A stretch of DNA of 35,349 nt. Origin: a virus. Its lineage: Duplodnaviria > Caudoviricetes. Location: positions 1-35,349 of the IMG/VR virus record IMGVR_UViG_3300037424_000915. One strand, written 5' to 3'. Positions 33,835-35,349 of the stretch are shown one piece after another; position 1 is the first letter of the stretch, and every line of letters begins with the position of its first letter. The position numbers and the translations under genes are program-made. Under the pieces are notes generated by a model. That model was not told the DNA's origin, did not search any database, and saw nothing but the letters and a program-made list of their open reading frames with translations.

Positions 33835-33874
33835 CGTAAGTCACTTTTCGGCCCCCCCGCATGCTAGGCTGACG
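33835..33874 (+). promoter_or_regulatory. Candidate late promoter 2 (upstream of scaffold/capsid)
   Basis: 32/40 identical to 26141-26180; extended -10-like TGCTAGGCT. Confidence 0.7.
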
Positions 33875-33896
33875 ACGGATGCAAACCAGTGGCCCG

Positions 33897-33951
33897 GGCG
33901 GGATGCCTGGCGCCACATCTCAGGGCGGGATGCCCACCTCGGCGGGATGCC
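33897..33951 (+). repeat. Three GGCGGGATGCC mini-hairpin repeats in the scaffold leader
   Basis: Exact 11-mer at 33897, 33924 and 33941. Confidence 0.85.
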
Positions 33952-33964
33952 GAATGGAGACGCG

Positions 33965-34585
33965 ATGAAGACCAGATTCGGGTTCATGCCGTTCTTCGCT
34001 CCGGATGGTGATGGTGGCGGTCAGGCGGGAGGCCAGGCCGGCGCAGGTGGCAATGGTGCAGGTGCAGGAGCCGGGGCGGAAGGCGAGCAGGGCAAGGCCG
34101 GAGGGCAAGAGGAAGCTTCCTTCGATGCCTTCTTGGCGACGCAGCCCGAGAACGTGAAGACGCTGATCGCCGAGCACGAGAAGGGACTGAAGTCAGCCCT
34201 CGACTCGGAACGCGGCTCTCGTCAGGACCTCGAGGGTCAGCTCAGGGAGATGGCCAAGAGCGCGGCCAAGACGCCTGAGCTGCAGAAAAGCCTGACGGAT
34301 CTGGCCGATAAGCTGGCCGTGACCGATCGCCGGGCCGACTTCTACGATGCGGCCCACGTCGCCGGCGTGACGAACCTGAAGCTGGCCTACCTCGTCGCCG
34401 AACAGGACGAGATGTTCGACAAGAAAGGGAACGTGAACTTCGAAACGCTCAAGACCAAGTACCCGGAGCTCTTCGCCAGTGCGAAGCCCACACCACGAGG
34501 CAACGCCGGCGACGGCACCGGAGCCCATACACCCGCGAGCGGCGGCATGAACGCTTTCATCCGTCAATCGGCGGGCCGATCCTGA
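33965..34585 (+). CDS. Capsid scaffolding protein
   Basis: FFAPDG-x-GG N-terminus, Gly-rich then coiled-coil region, LK-x-KYPELF, MNAFIR C-terminus; directly before the capsid gene. Alternative start at 33947. Confidence 0.85.
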   Translation: MKTRFGFMPFFAPDGDGGGQAGGQAGAGGNGAGAGAGAEGEQGKAGGQEEASFDAFLATQPENVKTLIAEHEKGLKSALDSERGSRQDLEGQLREMAKSAAKTPELQKSLTDLADKLAVTDRRADFYDAAHVAGVTNLKLAYLVAEQDEMFDKKGNVNFETLKTKYPELFASAKPTPRGNAGDGTGAHTPASGGMNAFIRQSAGRS

Positions 34586-34593
34586 GGTGAAAC

Positions 34594-35349
34594 ATGCCCT
34601 TCGATAATGTGATTTCCCGCACCGATGCGGCCGCCCTGATCCCGGAAGAGGTCAGCGCGGAGATCATGAAGACCCTGCCCGAGAAGAGCGCCGTGCTCTC
34701 GCTCGGGCGCCGGCTGCCCAACATGAGCCGGTACCAGCAACGCATGCCCGTCCAATCGGCGCTGGCGTCGGCTTACTTCGTCGCCGGCGACACGGGCCTG
34801 AAGCAGACCTCCGAGGTCAACTGGGAGAACATCTACGTCACCGCCGAAGAGCTGGCGGTGATCGTCCCGATCCCCGAGTCGGTCCTGGACGATGCCGACT
34901 ACGACATCTGGGGCGAGGTCAAGCCGAGCCTGGAAGAGGCGCTGGGCCTGGCCATCGATCAGGCCGTCTTCTACGGCACGAACGCACCAGCCTCCTGGCC
35001 TTCCTCGCTCCTGGTGGGAGCCACGGCCGCTGGGCACGTGATCTCGGCCGCGGCCTACGTCGATCTCTACGAAGCGATCATGTCCGAAACGGCGGCGGGC
35101 GTCGACGGACAGCTCATGCTGATCGAGGGCGACGGCTTCATGGCCACCGGCCACGTCGGGCACATGTCGATGCGCGGCATGCTGCGCGGCGTCCGGGACG
35201 TCAACGGCCAGCCGATCTTCAACCGCTCGATGCAGGACAAGAACCGCTACGAGCTCGACGGTTCGCCGATCCTCTTCCCGCGCAACGGTTCGGTTGTGGC
35301 GGGCTCGAGCCTGCTGATCTCGGGCGACTGGACGCAGCTGGTGTACTCG
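34594..35349 (+). CDS. Major capsid protein, N-terminal part (HK97 fold); about 318 aa after circularisation
   Basis: RBS GAGGTG; MPFDNVISRTDAAALIPEEVSAEI...AEELAVIVPIPESVLDD...; frame open to the window end and absent from the ORF track. Confidence 0.93.
   Translation, partial: MPFDNVISRTDAAALIPEEVSAEIMKTLPEKSAVLSLGRRLPNMSRYQQRMPVQSALASAYFVAGDTGLKQTSEVNWENIYVTAEELAVIVPIPESVLDDADYDIWGEVKPSLEEALGLAIDQAVFYGTNAPASWPSSLLVGATAAGHVISAAAYVDLYEAIMSETAAGVDGQLMLIEGDGFMATGHVGHMSMRGMLRGVRDVNGQPIFNRSMQDKNRYELDGSPILFPRNGSVVAGSSLLISGDWTQLVYS
35255..35349 (+). repeat. Imperfect terminal direct repeat, right copy
   Basis: Aligns without gaps to 1-95 with 8 mismatches. Confidence 0.95.

Larger units (their letters stand above)
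1..35349. mobile_element. Near-complete or complete temperate tailed phage genome (siphovirus-like), excised/circular form
   Basis: Full set of terminase, portal, MuF, scaffold, capsid, neck, tail, lysis, integrase and replication genes. Ends overlap in frame within the capsid gene, attP is internal and intact, and no host genes are seen. Confidence 0.95.

Noticed and set aside
33897-33951. Mini-CRISPR array
   Set aside because: Repeats are 11 nt with 16- and 6-nt gaps, far too short, and there are no cas genes.
1-35349. Stop-codon reassignment
   Set aside because: Core genes are full length under the standard code and end in TAG, TGA and TAA.

Overview
The window is an apparently complete, circularly permuted ~35.3 kb high-GC temperate tailed-phage genome with a siphovirus-type tail. 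It starts and ends inside the HK97-fold major capsid gene, with an imperfect 95-nt terminal overlap. Modules in order: capsid accessory, neck and tail genes (1-11004), including a -1 frameshifted tail chaperone and a short tape measure; lysis (11001-12677); accessory genes (12721-14169); a leftward early operon with a RecT/Bet-type annealase, a protein with an SSB-type tail and an SLH protein (14192-16495); a divergent promoter region with one Cro/CI-type HTH gene; an intact attP (3' half of a tRNA-Asn) beside a tyrosine integrase; a rightward replication/ParB/auxiliary operon (18522-26138); and terminase, portal, an inserted fibre-like cassette, MuF, scaffold and capsid (26225-35349). Protein families recognised from memory suggest a Chloroflexota (Anaerolineae-like) host, which is an inference. 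The most notable unexplained signals are structured-RNA blocks on both sides of int/attP with a possible integration-dependent switch, a ParB with parS-like palindromes but no ParA, a 40-bp motif shared by two late-gene promoters, three GGGAU-loop hairpins in the scaffold leader, and an annealase with a UBA-like end next to a DDEIPF-tailed protein. No database searches or folding programs were run; family calls rest on motifs and gene order.
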